A stretch of DNA of 23,187 nucleotides. Origin: Octopus sinensis. Its lineage: Eukaryota. Shown here piece after piece: positions 1 to 9,540 of this stretch. The translations under genes and the position numbers were made by a program. The notes under the pieces were generated by a model. It was not told where the DNA came from. It was given only the letters and a program-made list of their open reading frames with translations, and did no database searches. Location of the stretch: contig NW_021824238.1 of NCBI RefSeq assembly GCF_006345805.1, positions 1-23,187 of the forward strand, read 5' to 3'. Position 1 is the stretch's first letter; every line of letters begins with the position of its first letter.

Positions 1-50
1 TGTGTGTGCGCTTGTGTGTGTGTATGTATACATGTGTTTGTGTATATACT

Positions 51-392
51 TTTTACTCTTTTACTTGTTTCAGTCATGTGACTGCGGCCATGCTGGAGCA
101 CCGCCTTTAATCGAGTAACTCTTCCCCGGGACTTATTTTTTTGTAAGCCCAGTACTTATTCTATCGGTCTCTTTTGCCGAACCGCTAAGTAACGGGGACA
201 TAAACACACCAGCATCGGTTGTCAAGCAGTGACAGGCTTCTTTCAGTTTCCGTCTACCAAATCCACTCATAAGGCATTGGTCGGCCCGGGGCTATAGCAG
301 AAGACACTTGCCCAAGATGCCACGCAGTGGGACTGAACCCGGAACCATGTGGTTGGTTAGCAAGCTACTTACCACACAGCCACTCCTGCGCC
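51..392 (-). mobile_element. tRNA-derived SINE, type A (CORE-like), central microsatellite segment deleted
   Basis: Reverse complement of the family at 5755-6118 and 9871-10283. Head GGCGCAGGAGTGGCTGTGTGGTAAG, B-box-like GGTTCAGTCCC, CTTGGGCAAGTGTCTT CORE-like motif, (AAAAGAGT)n tail. Confidence 0.9.
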
Positions 393-560
393 TATATATA
401 CTTACATACATATATATATGTATACATATCTATATCTAGATATGTGTGAGTGTGTGAATGCAAGTAAGTATGTATGTATGTATGTATTTACATCTACTCA
501 TACATATACATACGCACACATGGAGATATACTGGATCGGCTAAAAGTCCCGTTCAAGATT

Positions 561-1543
561 TTAACCCATTTGATACCAACCTGGCTGAAACCAGCTCTGG
601 CTCTGTAGTACAAATGTCTTGTTTTCTTAAGTTCTGAATTAAAATCTTCCACCAAACCTTATTCACAATTTATGTTCCTAACACTAGCTGAATGATAACT
701 AAGTTATTTTACGAAATTCTTTGTTATATTTTAAGTAATTGAAAGAAACACAGAGCATTTCAACAAAAATAAGGTAACAAAAGGGTTAAAATATATAATA
801 GAGAAACAATTCTTAACCCTTTTGATACCAACCCAGCTGAAACTGCCTCTGGCTCTATGGTAAAATGTCTTGTTTTCTTAAGTTTTGAATTAAAATCTTC
901 CACCAAACCTTGGTCACAATTTATGTTCCTAACACTAGCTTAATGATAACTAAGTTATTTTACTAAATTCTTTGTTATATTTTAAGTAATTGAAAGAAAC
1001 ACAGAGCATCTCAACAAAAATAAGGTAACAAAAGGGTTAAAATATATAATAGAGAAACAATTCTTAGCCTTTTTGATACCAACCCGGTTGAAACTACCCC
1101 TGGCTCAGTACTACAAATGTCTTGTTTTCATAAATTTTGACTTAAAATCTTCCACCAAACCTTAGTCACAATTTATGTTCCTAACACTAGCTGAATGATA
1201 ACTAAGTTATTTTACTAAATTCTTTGTTATATTTTAAGTAATTGAAAGAAACACAGAGCATCTCAACAGAAATAAGGTAACAAAAGGGCTAAAATATATA
1301 ATAGAGAAACAATTCTTAACCCTTTTGATACCAACCCAGCTGAAACTGTCTCTGGCTCTATGGTAAAATGTCTTGTTTTCATAAGTTCTGAATTAAAATC
1401 TTCCACCAAACCTTAGTCACAATTTATGTTTCTAACACTAGCTTAATGATAACGAAGTTATTTTACTAAATTCTTTGTTATATTAAAAGTAATTGAAAGA
1501 AACACAGAGCTTCTGAAAATAAATACAGTAACAAAAGGGTTAA
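561..1543. repeat. Tandem array of four ~220 bp piggyBac-type MITEs (period 251-252 bp)
   Basis: Copies at 565-785, 817-1036, 1068-1288 and 1320-1539. Each is bounded by TTAA (two degenerate sites) and ~13 bp TIRs CCCTTTTGATACC / GGTAACAAAAGGG. Copies are separated by the same 23 bp spacer AATATATAATAGAGAAACAATTC. Confidence 0.85.
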
Positions 1544-2035
1544 GCGATTATATGGAAAGTTTAAAGCAAAAAGTGGTTTATTTAATCAATGTGACAATTA
1601 CCATTTGGTTCCATTATCTTCCGCCATGTTGTGTGCAGATCCATCATTTTCTGCTCAGCAACTTTCCTGTCTTTACTGGAGAAAAAGTCTTCCATGTGAA
1701 TTCTTGCATCCTCTTCTGTGTTAAATGTCCATCAATTTAATGAATTTTGATGAGACCGAAGCAGGTGGAAATCCTCAGGCGCGTGGTTTGGTGTCAATGT
1801 ATTGTTGGGCAAAACTTTCTGGTCTAGCTCCGGTATTCACTGTAGTGTCTGCAAAAGAGAGTGGTGTTTGGTAATGTTGTGATGACAAAGACAACGTTCT
1901 AACGAAAAGCATGTGTGTTGGATGCTACTGTCGAATCACTGCTTTTAATTTATTTCGCTGGTCACAGTACACATCCGAATTCGCGGTACTGTCCGTTGGA
2001 AGACATCTTTTCTATCCCACCAAATTGAAAGCATT

Positions 2036-2819
2036 ACCTATTTCTTTACTACCCACAAGGGGCTAAATACAGAGGGGACAAACAAGGACAGACAAAGGGA
2101 TTAAGTCGATTATATCGACTTCAGTGCGTAACTGGTACTTATTTAATCGACCCTGAAAGAAGGAAAGGTAAAGTCGACCTCGGCGGAATTTGAACTCAGA
2201 ACGTAGCGGCAGACGAAATACCTATTTCTTTACTACCCACAAGGGGCTAAACACAGAGGGGACAAACAAGGACAGACAAAGGGATTAAGTCGATTATATC
2301 GACTCCAGTGCGTAACTGATGCTTAATTTATCGATACGGAAAGGATGAAAGGTAAAGTCGACCTCGGCGGAATTTGAACTCAGAACGTAGCGGCAGACGA
2401 AATACCTATTTCTTTACTACCCACGAGGGGCTAAACACAGAGGAGACAAACAAGGACAGACAAAGGGATTAAGTCGATTATATCGATTCCAGTGCGTAAC
2501 TAGTACTTATTTAATCGACCACGAAAGGATGAAAGGCAAAGTCGACCTCGGCGGAATTTGAACTCAGAACGTAGCGGCAGACGAAATACCTATTTCTTTA
2601 CTACCCACAAGGGGCTAAACACAGAGGGGACAAACAAGGACAAACAAAGGGATTAAGTCGATTATATCGACCTCCAGTGCGTAACTGGTACTTATTTAAT
2701 CGACCCCGAAAGGATGAAAGGTAAAGTCGACCTCGGCGGAATTTGAACTCAGAACGTAGCGGCAGACGAAATACGGCTACGGATTTCGCCCGGCGTGCTA
2801 ACGTTCCTGCTAGCTCGCC
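2036..2819 (-). mobile_element. tRNA-derived SINE (type M, Meta-domain-like body) with one head and four tandem 184 bp body+tail units
   Basis: Units start at 2036, 2220, 2404 and 2588. Single head GGCGAGCTAGCAG...GTTAGCACGCCGGGCG at 2773-2819, B-box GAGTTCAAATTCC. Candidate TSD AATTGAAAGC(A/C)TTA at 2023-2036 and 2837-2850. The Meta-domain label is from recall. Confidence 0.85.
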
Positions 2820-3264
2820 AACGTCACCGCATTACCAATTGAAAGCCTTACAATCTTCGTGTGAAGTCCATCTTTGGAGGTGGTCGTCGTTCGCCGCGAT
2901 CGTCTGCAATTAATATTGTTACAGACGATCAATGTTTCGTCTCTTCTCAGACTTTTTTCTCTTCCCGTTTCTGCAACAAATTCTTGGCCAGAGTTAACAT
3001 CATTCAGTTGATGTGAAACTTAAATATCGATCTTGCTGGCGTAACTAAATTAATGTAGATGGTTTTGAGCACTCGATTTGGATATTTGGGAAATAACGTG
3101 GGTTGATGTCGCTGTTAGTCTCAACTGGTCCGCCAAATTGAGAAGCGTTTAAATCGAAAGTGTTTCCGGTCGAAATATCGAAAAATTCTGGCACACACCT
3201 TTCTTAAAAGCAAACTCAGTGTACACACATTATATCTTTCCAGCAGTTTGCCATTGTTTTATTT

Positions 3265-3577
3265 GTGGAGACACATGGCCTAGTGGTTAGAGCAACGCAC
3301 TCGCGGTCGAGAGATCGCGGTTTCGAATCTCAGACTGAACGATGTATGTGTTTATGAGCGAAAACACCTAAGCTCCACGCGGCTCCGGCAGAAAGGAATG
3401 GTGAACTTCTGCTGACTTTTTCGCCACAACTTTCTCTCACTTTTTCCTCCTGCATCTTGCAGCTCACCTGCGACGGACCGGCGTCCCGTCCAGGTGGGGA
3501 ACCTATACGCCAAGGAAACCGGGAAACCGGCCCTTATGAGCCAGGTGTGGCTCGAGAATGAACAAACAACAACAAAA
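3265..3577 (+). mobile_element. tRNA-derived SINE type D (type B head/body with a different tail)
   Basis: A-box TGGCCTAGTGG, B-box GGTTTCGAATC. Body shared with 6386-6772. Tail CTGCGACGGACCGGCGTCCCGTCCAGG...GGCTCGAGAA, then an (AAC)n-like end. Confidence 0.88.
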
Positions 3578-3598
3578 TATGTGTGTGTGTGTGTGTGT

Positions 3599-3862
3599 GT
3601 CGAGGGATCGCGGGTTCGAATCTCAGACCGAGCGATGTGTGTGTTTATGAGTGAAACACCTAAGCTCCACGCGGCTCCGGCAGAAGTTAATGGCGAAATT
3701 CTGCTGACTCTTTCGCCACAACTTTCTCTCACTCTTTCCTTCTGCATCTTGCAGCTCACCTGCGACGGACCGGCGTCCCGTTCAGGTGGGGAACCTATAC
3801 GCCAAGGAAACCGGGAAATCGGCCCTTATGAGCCAGGCATGGCTCGGGCAGGAACAATAAAA
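3599..3862 (+). mobile_element. 5'-truncated second type D SINE, in tandem with the first
   Basis: Begins inside the tRNA head after a (GT)n tract. Both copies lie within one TSD CAT(T/C)GTTTTATTTG at 3252-3265 and 3863-3876. Confidence 0.85.
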
Positions 3863-4199
3863 CATCGTTTTATTTGCCTTTTTTAAAATGAAAAAGAAAA
3901 ATGGTACGGGAAGTCAATAATGTACGTTTTAGTACTCCATGTTCATTCAGGATGATCCTAAGCGCATTGCATAGAATCAGTCTCGTGGAAAGTTTGCGCC
4001 GCCGGATTCCGTCGCAGTGACACATATCTAATGAGTGTGAATTGCTCAAGGCACAGCCTCTCGTTTGTTAATTACTAGAAAGCTGGAAGTTTAGTGTTGT
4101 GTACGAGCAGTTCTGTCTTGAGTATGTGTATGTGTTTACGTCCTCATAGATTAGCGTTTCGGCAAAAGTGGCGATTGAACAAGTTAGATGGACGTATAT

Positions 4200-4312
4200 T
4201 GCTGTATGTATGTATATATGTGTGTATGTATGTATGTATGTATGTTTGTATGTATGTATGTATGTGTGTATGTATGCATGCATGTATGTATGTATGCATG
4301 CATATATATATA

Positions 4313-4361
<49 letters not shown>

Positions 4362-4385
4362 CTGTGTGTGTGTGTGTGTGTGTGT
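4200..4385. repeat. Compound (TATG)n/(TA)n/(TG)n microsatellite
   Basis: Directly visible. Confidence 0.95.
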
Positions 4386-4721
4386 GAAGGCGCGTGGCTC
4401 AGTGGTTAGAGCGTCGAGCTTACGATCGTGAGGTTGTGAGCTCGAATCCCGGACCGGGCTGCGTGTTGTGTTCTTGAGCAAGACACTTTATTTCACGTTG
4501 CTCCGGTTCACTCAGCTGTAGAAATGAGTTGCGACGTCACAGGTGCCAAGCTGTATCGGCCCCTTTGCCTTTCCCTTGGACAACATCAGTGACATGGAGA
4601 GGGGAGGCCGGTATGCATGGGCAACTGCTGGTCTTCCATAAAACAACCTTGCCCAGACTTGTGCCTTAGAGGGTAACTCTCTAGGTGCAAACCCATGGTC
4701 AGTGTCTGACTGAAGGGGGTC
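4384..4721 (+). mobile_element. tRNA-derived CORE-SINE, type C
   Basis: A-box TGGCTCAGTGG, B-box-like GAGCTCGAATCCC, CORE-like GTTCTTGAGCAAGACACTTTATTTCACGTTGCTCC...CAGCTGTAGAAATGAG. Near-identical to 14955-15283. Confidence 0.88.
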
Positions 4722-4746
4722 ACCACCACCACCATATATATATATA

Positions 4747-4782
<36 letters not shown>

Positions 4783-4803
4783 CTCTTTTTGATCGAAAAC
4801 CGG

Positions 4804-4860
4804 TGATTGTCGTACGCTGATGACAGGTCAAAACCTAGAAACTGCAGTCTGTGCGTATCA
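4804..4860 (+). ncRNA. Minimal type I hammerhead ribozyme motif (PLE type, palindromic helix III)
   Basis: Helix I CGTACG(4811-16)/TGTGCG(4850-55), extended by TGAT/ATCA. Core CTGATGA 4817-23. Helix II AGGT-CAAA-ACCT with a C.A closing mismatch. GAAA 4838-41. Palindrome ACTGCAGT 4841-48, predicted cleavage after GUC (C4849). Confidence 0.8.
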
Positions 4861-5029
4861 CTTAGGTTGACGAGGGAAGGATGACCTTCCTTTGCAAATA
4901 CCATAAGGGCACAGAAAGTGTGCCTAAAGCCAGCTGGAGACGATGTTCTCCTGGGGCTAAAAGCTACAGTAACACCCACCCTTAGTGGTTAGCCATATTG
5001 AGATGGCTGGTATACCTCACATTATTTAT

Positions 5030-5054
5030 ATATGTGTGTGTGTATGTGTGTGTA

Positions 5055-5135
<81 letters not shown>
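5030..5135. repeat. (TG)n microsatellite
   Basis: Directly visible. Confidence 0.97.
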
Positions 5136-5136
<1 letters not shown>

Positions 5137-5285
5137 GAGTGGTGTACATATATTATATATTGAGGATAAAAAGCAGTCTGAATTTTGGATAATTCTTTAT
5201 AGCGCTTTCGTTCGTTTATCGAACTCGTCAAGTCAAAATCAAAATGGTAAAAACAGAACGTTTCGTTGTTCATTTTTTGAATCGG

Positions 5286-5668
5286 ATGTGGAACATACAA
5301 CAGCAAAAACAACTGTAAATATTCAGAAAGTGATTCCCACATAAAATTCAAGAGCGGATTCTCGTTCAAAGGTAACGCAGATAGGAACTGCAAGACGCAT
5401 ATTCGTATACTGTATTATTTACACCAACTGTAAGGAAAGTTACATCGGCGAAACAAGCAATTCCCTCTGCCAACGTGCAAGAATCCACAAACAACACATC
5501 CAACAAGAAGGACTGCGAAAGATTCCACTGAGCAAGCATCTAGAACAATACGGGGAAGGAGAGTTCAGAATCTTTCCTTTTTACAAATGTCCAAGATATG
5601 ACCCAAAGTTCCGAAAGGCGATGGAGTTACACTTCATAAAAAAATTTTCTCCAAAATTAAATGCTTGA
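5286..5668 (+). pseudogene. C-terminal GIY-YIG endonuclease fragment of a Penelope-like element (family 2; absent from the ORF track)
   Basis: 5405-5668 reads VYCIIYTNCKESYIGETSNSLCQRARIHKQHIQQEGLRKIPLSKHLEQYGEGEFRIFPFYKCPRYDPKFRKAMELHFIKKFSPKLNA*. Upstream, in another frame: CGTYNSKNNCK...KFKSGFSFK...NCKT (frameshift near 5400). Confidence 0.88.
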
Positions 5669-5754
5669 AAGCGAAGCAAGGAACTACATTTTGTCAAAAA
5701 TATTGGAAAGGAAAACTGAGACAATATGTATGAACGCCCCTCCAAATGAAACAA

Positions 5755-6118
5755 GGTTCCGTGTTCAGTCCCACTGTGTGGCATCTTGGGCAAGTGTCTT
5801 CTGCTATAGCCCCGGGCCGACCAATGCCTTGTGAGTGGATTTGGTAGACGGAAACTGAAAGAGGCCTGTCGTATATATGTATATATATATATGTATGTGT
5901 GTGTGTTTTTGTGTCTGTGTTTGTCCCCCTAGCATTGCTTGACAACCGATGCTGGTGTGTTTACGTCCCCGTCACCTAGCGGTTCGGCAAAAGAGACCGA
6001 TAGAATAAGTACTAGGCTTACAAAGAATAAGTCCTGGGGTCGATTTGCTCGACTAAAGGCGGTGCTCCAGCATGGCCGCCGTGAAATGACTGAAACAAGT
6101 AAAAGAGTAAAAAGAGTA
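5755..6118 (+). mobile_element. Type A SINE, 5'-truncated
   Basis: Matches 9871-10283 from the B-box onward; (AAAAGAGT) tail. Confidence 0.9.
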
Positions 6119-6385
6119 TTACATAGCTCACATAAACGCTATGCCCAGCTAAGACGATTAGAGAGAAATAAATCAAATGAATGCTCCAACGTACGCTGTA
6201 CTGCTGTCTAACATTATTCACATACCATGTGATGCGACATTAGTGTATTGTAGATGGTTTTTGGTGTCTGTCAAGAAAGCTTCTTCGTGACCATTTCACC
6301 AATTTATTATCGTTTCTTTTTTAATTGTAATGATGATGGATGAAGAGAAAACATTTCTATTACACTATTACTGCTGTTTCTGAAC

Positions 6386-6772
6386 GTGGAGGCGCAATGG
6401 CCCAGTGGTTAGGGAAGCGGACTCGCGGTCGTAGGATCGCGGTTTCGATTTCCAGACCGGGCGTTGTGAGTGTTTATTGAGCGAAAACACCTAAAGCTCC
6501 ACCAGGCTCCGGCAGGGGATGGTGGTGATCCCTGCTGTACTCTTTCACCACAACTTTCTCTCGCTCTTACCTCCTGTTTCTGTTGTACCTGTATTTCAAA
6601 GGGCCAGCCTTGTCACTCTCTGTGTCACGCTGAATATCCCCGAGAACTACGTTAAAGGTACACGTGTCTGTGGAGTGCTCAGCCACTTACACGTTAATTT
6701 CACGAGCAGGCTGTTCCGTTGATTCGGATCAACCGGAACCCTCGTCGTCGTAACCGACGGAGTGTTTCCATC
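6386..6772 (+). mobile_element. Full-length tRNA-derived SINE type B
   Basis: A-box TGGCCCAGTGG, B-box GGTTTCGATTTCC, tail ending CGACGGAGTGTTTCCAT. TSD CTGTTTCTGAAC(GTGG) at 6374-6389 and 6772-6787. Confidence 0.93.
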
Positions 6773-6878
6773 TGTTTCTGAACGTGGCTCCAATGTTAAT
6801 AACATGATACTCGTCTCCATAAATGACCCCATAACATTGGGATTTTGACAACTGCTGTTCTTATAGATCTTACATATG

Positions 6879-7443
6879 GATGGAAGCACTCCGTCGGTTA
6901 CGACGACGAGGGTTCCGGTTGATCCGAATCAACGGAACAGCTTGCTCGTGAAATTAACGTGTAAGTGGCTGAGCACCCCACAGACACGTGCACCCTTAAC
7001 GTAGTTCTCGGGGATATTCAGCGTGACACAGAGAGTGACAAGGCCGGCCCTTTGAAATGGAAGCACTCCGTCGGTTACGACGATGAGGGTTCCGGTTGAT
7101 CCAATCAACGGAACAGCCTGCTCGTGAAATTAACGTGTAAGTGGCTGAGCACTCCACAGACACGTGTACCCTTAACGTAGTTCTCGGGGATATTCAGCGT
7201 GGCACAGTGAGTGACAAGGCTGGCCCTTTGAAATACAGGTACAACAGAAACAGGAAGTAAGAGTAAGAGAAAGTTTTGGTGAAAGAGTACATCAGGGATC
7301 ACCACCATCCCCTGCCGGAGCCTCGTGGAGCTTTAGGTGTTTTCGCTCAATAAACACTCACAACGCCCGGTCTGGGAATCGAAACCGCGATCCTACGACC
7401 GCGCGAGTCCGCTGCCCTAACCACTGGGCCATTGCGCCTCCAC
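6879..7443 (-). mobile_element. Type B SINE with duplicated 3' tail module
   Basis: Full copy 7058-7443 plus an extra tail 6879-7057. Single 14 bp TSD AGATCTTACATATG at 6865-6878 and 7445-7458. Confidence 0.92.
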
Positions 7444-7612
7444 CAGATCTTACATATGCCCAAGAAAGAATACTAGAACCAGTTTACCACTGATTATGAA
7501 AGATATTTAATGTAGCTACTTGGCAAAGTAATTCGCGAAAAAGATCTCTTTTGAATTCTCATACCCAAGTAAGAAAAAGATGAAGAAATCCTACAAAATG
7601 GTGAAAGATAAT

Positions 7613-8019
7613 CTTTTACTCTGTTACTTGTTTCAGTCATTTGACTGCGGCCATGCTGGAGCAACGCATTTAGTTGAGAAAATCGACCCCAGGACTTATT
7701 CTTTGTAAGACTAGTACTTATTCTATTGGTCTCTTTTGCCGAACCGCTAAGTTACAGGGACGTAAACACACCAGCATCGGTTGTCAAGCGATGTTGGGGG
7801 GACAAACACAGACACACAAACATATACACACACATACATATATACATACATATATACGACGGGCTTCTTTCGGTTTCCGTCTACCAAATCCACTCACAAG
7901 GCTTTGGTCGCCCCGAGGCTATAGTAGAAGACGCTGGCCCAAGGTGCCACGCATTGGGACTGAACCCGAAACCATGTGATTGGTAAGCAAGTTACTTACC
8001 ACACAGCCACTCCTAGGCC
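7613..8019 (-). mobile_element. Full-length type A SINE
   Basis: Reverse complement of 9871-10283. Confidence 0.9.
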
Positions 8020-8068
8020 TACTTAAAGAAATATATTTAATCAGTATATACCTGCTTTATTATAATAT

Positions 8069-8392
8069 GTGAAGGCGCGTGGCTTAGTGGTTAGAGCATT
8101 CGGCTCACGATTGTAATGTCGTGAGTTCGATTCTCAGCGACGCGTTGTGTCCTTGAGCAAGCCACTTTATTTCACGTTGCTCAAGTTCACTCACCTGGTA
8201 AAAATGAGTAGTACCTGTATTTCAAAGGGCCAACCTTGTCACACCATGTGTCACGCTGAATCTCCCTGAGAACTACGTTAGGGGTGCGCGTGTCTGTGGA
8301 TTGCTCAGTCACTTGCACGTTAATTACATGAGCAAGCTGTTCCGTTGATTGCATCAGCTGGGACCCTCGTCGTCGAAACCGACGGAGTGCTC
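8069..8392 (+). mobile_element. Chimeric SINE: type C head+CORE joined to the type B tail
   Basis: 8069-8210 resembles 4384-4510. 8211-8392 (GTACCTGTATTTCAAAGGGCC...GACGGAGTGCTC) resembles 6585-6770. Confidence 0.85.
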
Positions 8393-8502
8393 CTATATTT
8401 TATTATACAATAAATATCCTACAAAATGGCTTCCAGCTAAATATAAAATATACATATTACAAATCTTATTTATGATGTTTGATTAAATGTATTTAGAGAA
8501 TA

Positions 8503-8893
8503 GTGGAGGCGCAATGGCCCAGTGGTTAGGGCAGCGGACTCGCGGTCATAGGATCGCGGTTTCGATTCCCAGACCGGGCATTGTGAGTGTTTATTGAGCG
8601 AAAACACCTAAAGCTCCACGAGGCTCCGGCAGGGGATGGTGGTGACCCCTGCTGTACTCTTTCACCACAACTTTCTCTCACTCTTACTTCCTGTTTTCTG
8701 TTGTACCTGTATTTCAAAGGACCGGCCTTGTCACATTCTGTGTGTCACGCTGAATCTCCTCGAGAACTACGTTAAGGGTACACGTGTCTGTGGAGTGCTC
8801 AGCCACTTACACGTTAATTTCACGAGCAGGCTGTTCCGTTGATTCGGATCAACCGGAACCCTCATCGTCGTAACCGACTGACTGCTTCCATCC
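8503..8893 (+). mobile_element. Full-length type B SINE
   Basis: Near-identical to 6386-6772. 13 bp TSD ATTTAGAGAATAG at 8491-8503 and 8894-8906. Confidence 0.93.
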
Positions 8894-9249
8894 ATTTAGA
8901 GAATAGATTTAATTATAAACAGTACCAAATTCGAATTTTTTTTTAATATATTCTAACTTCGTTTTCCTAATTTGTGTATAGTAATATATACAGTTTATAA
9001 TTTATGTGTTGTAATATTTAATGTGTGTTCATGCAAAACATGGAATCATACAAAATATAGAATTTGACTATACAAGTGTAAAGGAATATACATTTTCATA
9101 GGACTTTGAACTTCGAACGCTAATGACCGCTCCCTCCCCTTTTTTCTTATCTTTCCCATCCTACTTTCTAAAATTGACATCTTCAAAGGTCACCAGCCCC
9201 TGTGAGAAAATGTGTTTATTTATAAGTATGTTGATAGGTATAAACTACT

Positions 9250-9540
<291 letters not shown>

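Larger units (their letters stand above)
529..3940 (-). mobile_element. Decayed mariner (Tc1/mariner, DD34D-type) transposon carrying three nested insertions
   Basis: Three coding segments (3863-3940, 2835-3265, 1582-2035) rejoin once the insertions are removed. TA-preceded TIR-like end at ~529-562 (TATACTGGATCGGCTAAAAGTCCCGTTCAAGATTTT). The other TIR was not found. Confidence 0.85.
1582..3940 (-). pseudogene. Mariner transposase pseudogene (stops, frameshifts, interrupted)
   Basis: Manual translation: ...RSGNTFDL..GGPVETNSD; DETLIVCNNINCRRS (GDEKW..YDN-like); SKDGLHTKIVMLSIWWDRK; NSDVYCDQRNKLKAVI; HHNITKH (second catalytic D lost); APEDFHLLRSHQNSLN; FFSSKDRK...WRKIMEPNGNCHID* (stop 1582-1584). 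Confidence 0.88.

Noticed and set aside
1552-1740. 62 aa plus-strand ORF as a small gene
   Set aside because: It is antisense to the C-terminus of the mariner transposase relic.
561-2819. Regular arrays as possible CRISPR or other prokaryotic repeats
   Set aside because: Units are 184 and ~251 bp with identical spacers, are explained by a SINE and a MITE, and no cas genes are present in a eukaryotic context.
4781-4801. CTTTTGATCGAAAACC-like match to 13495-13511
   Set aside because: A short AT-rich match with unrelated flanks; probably chance.
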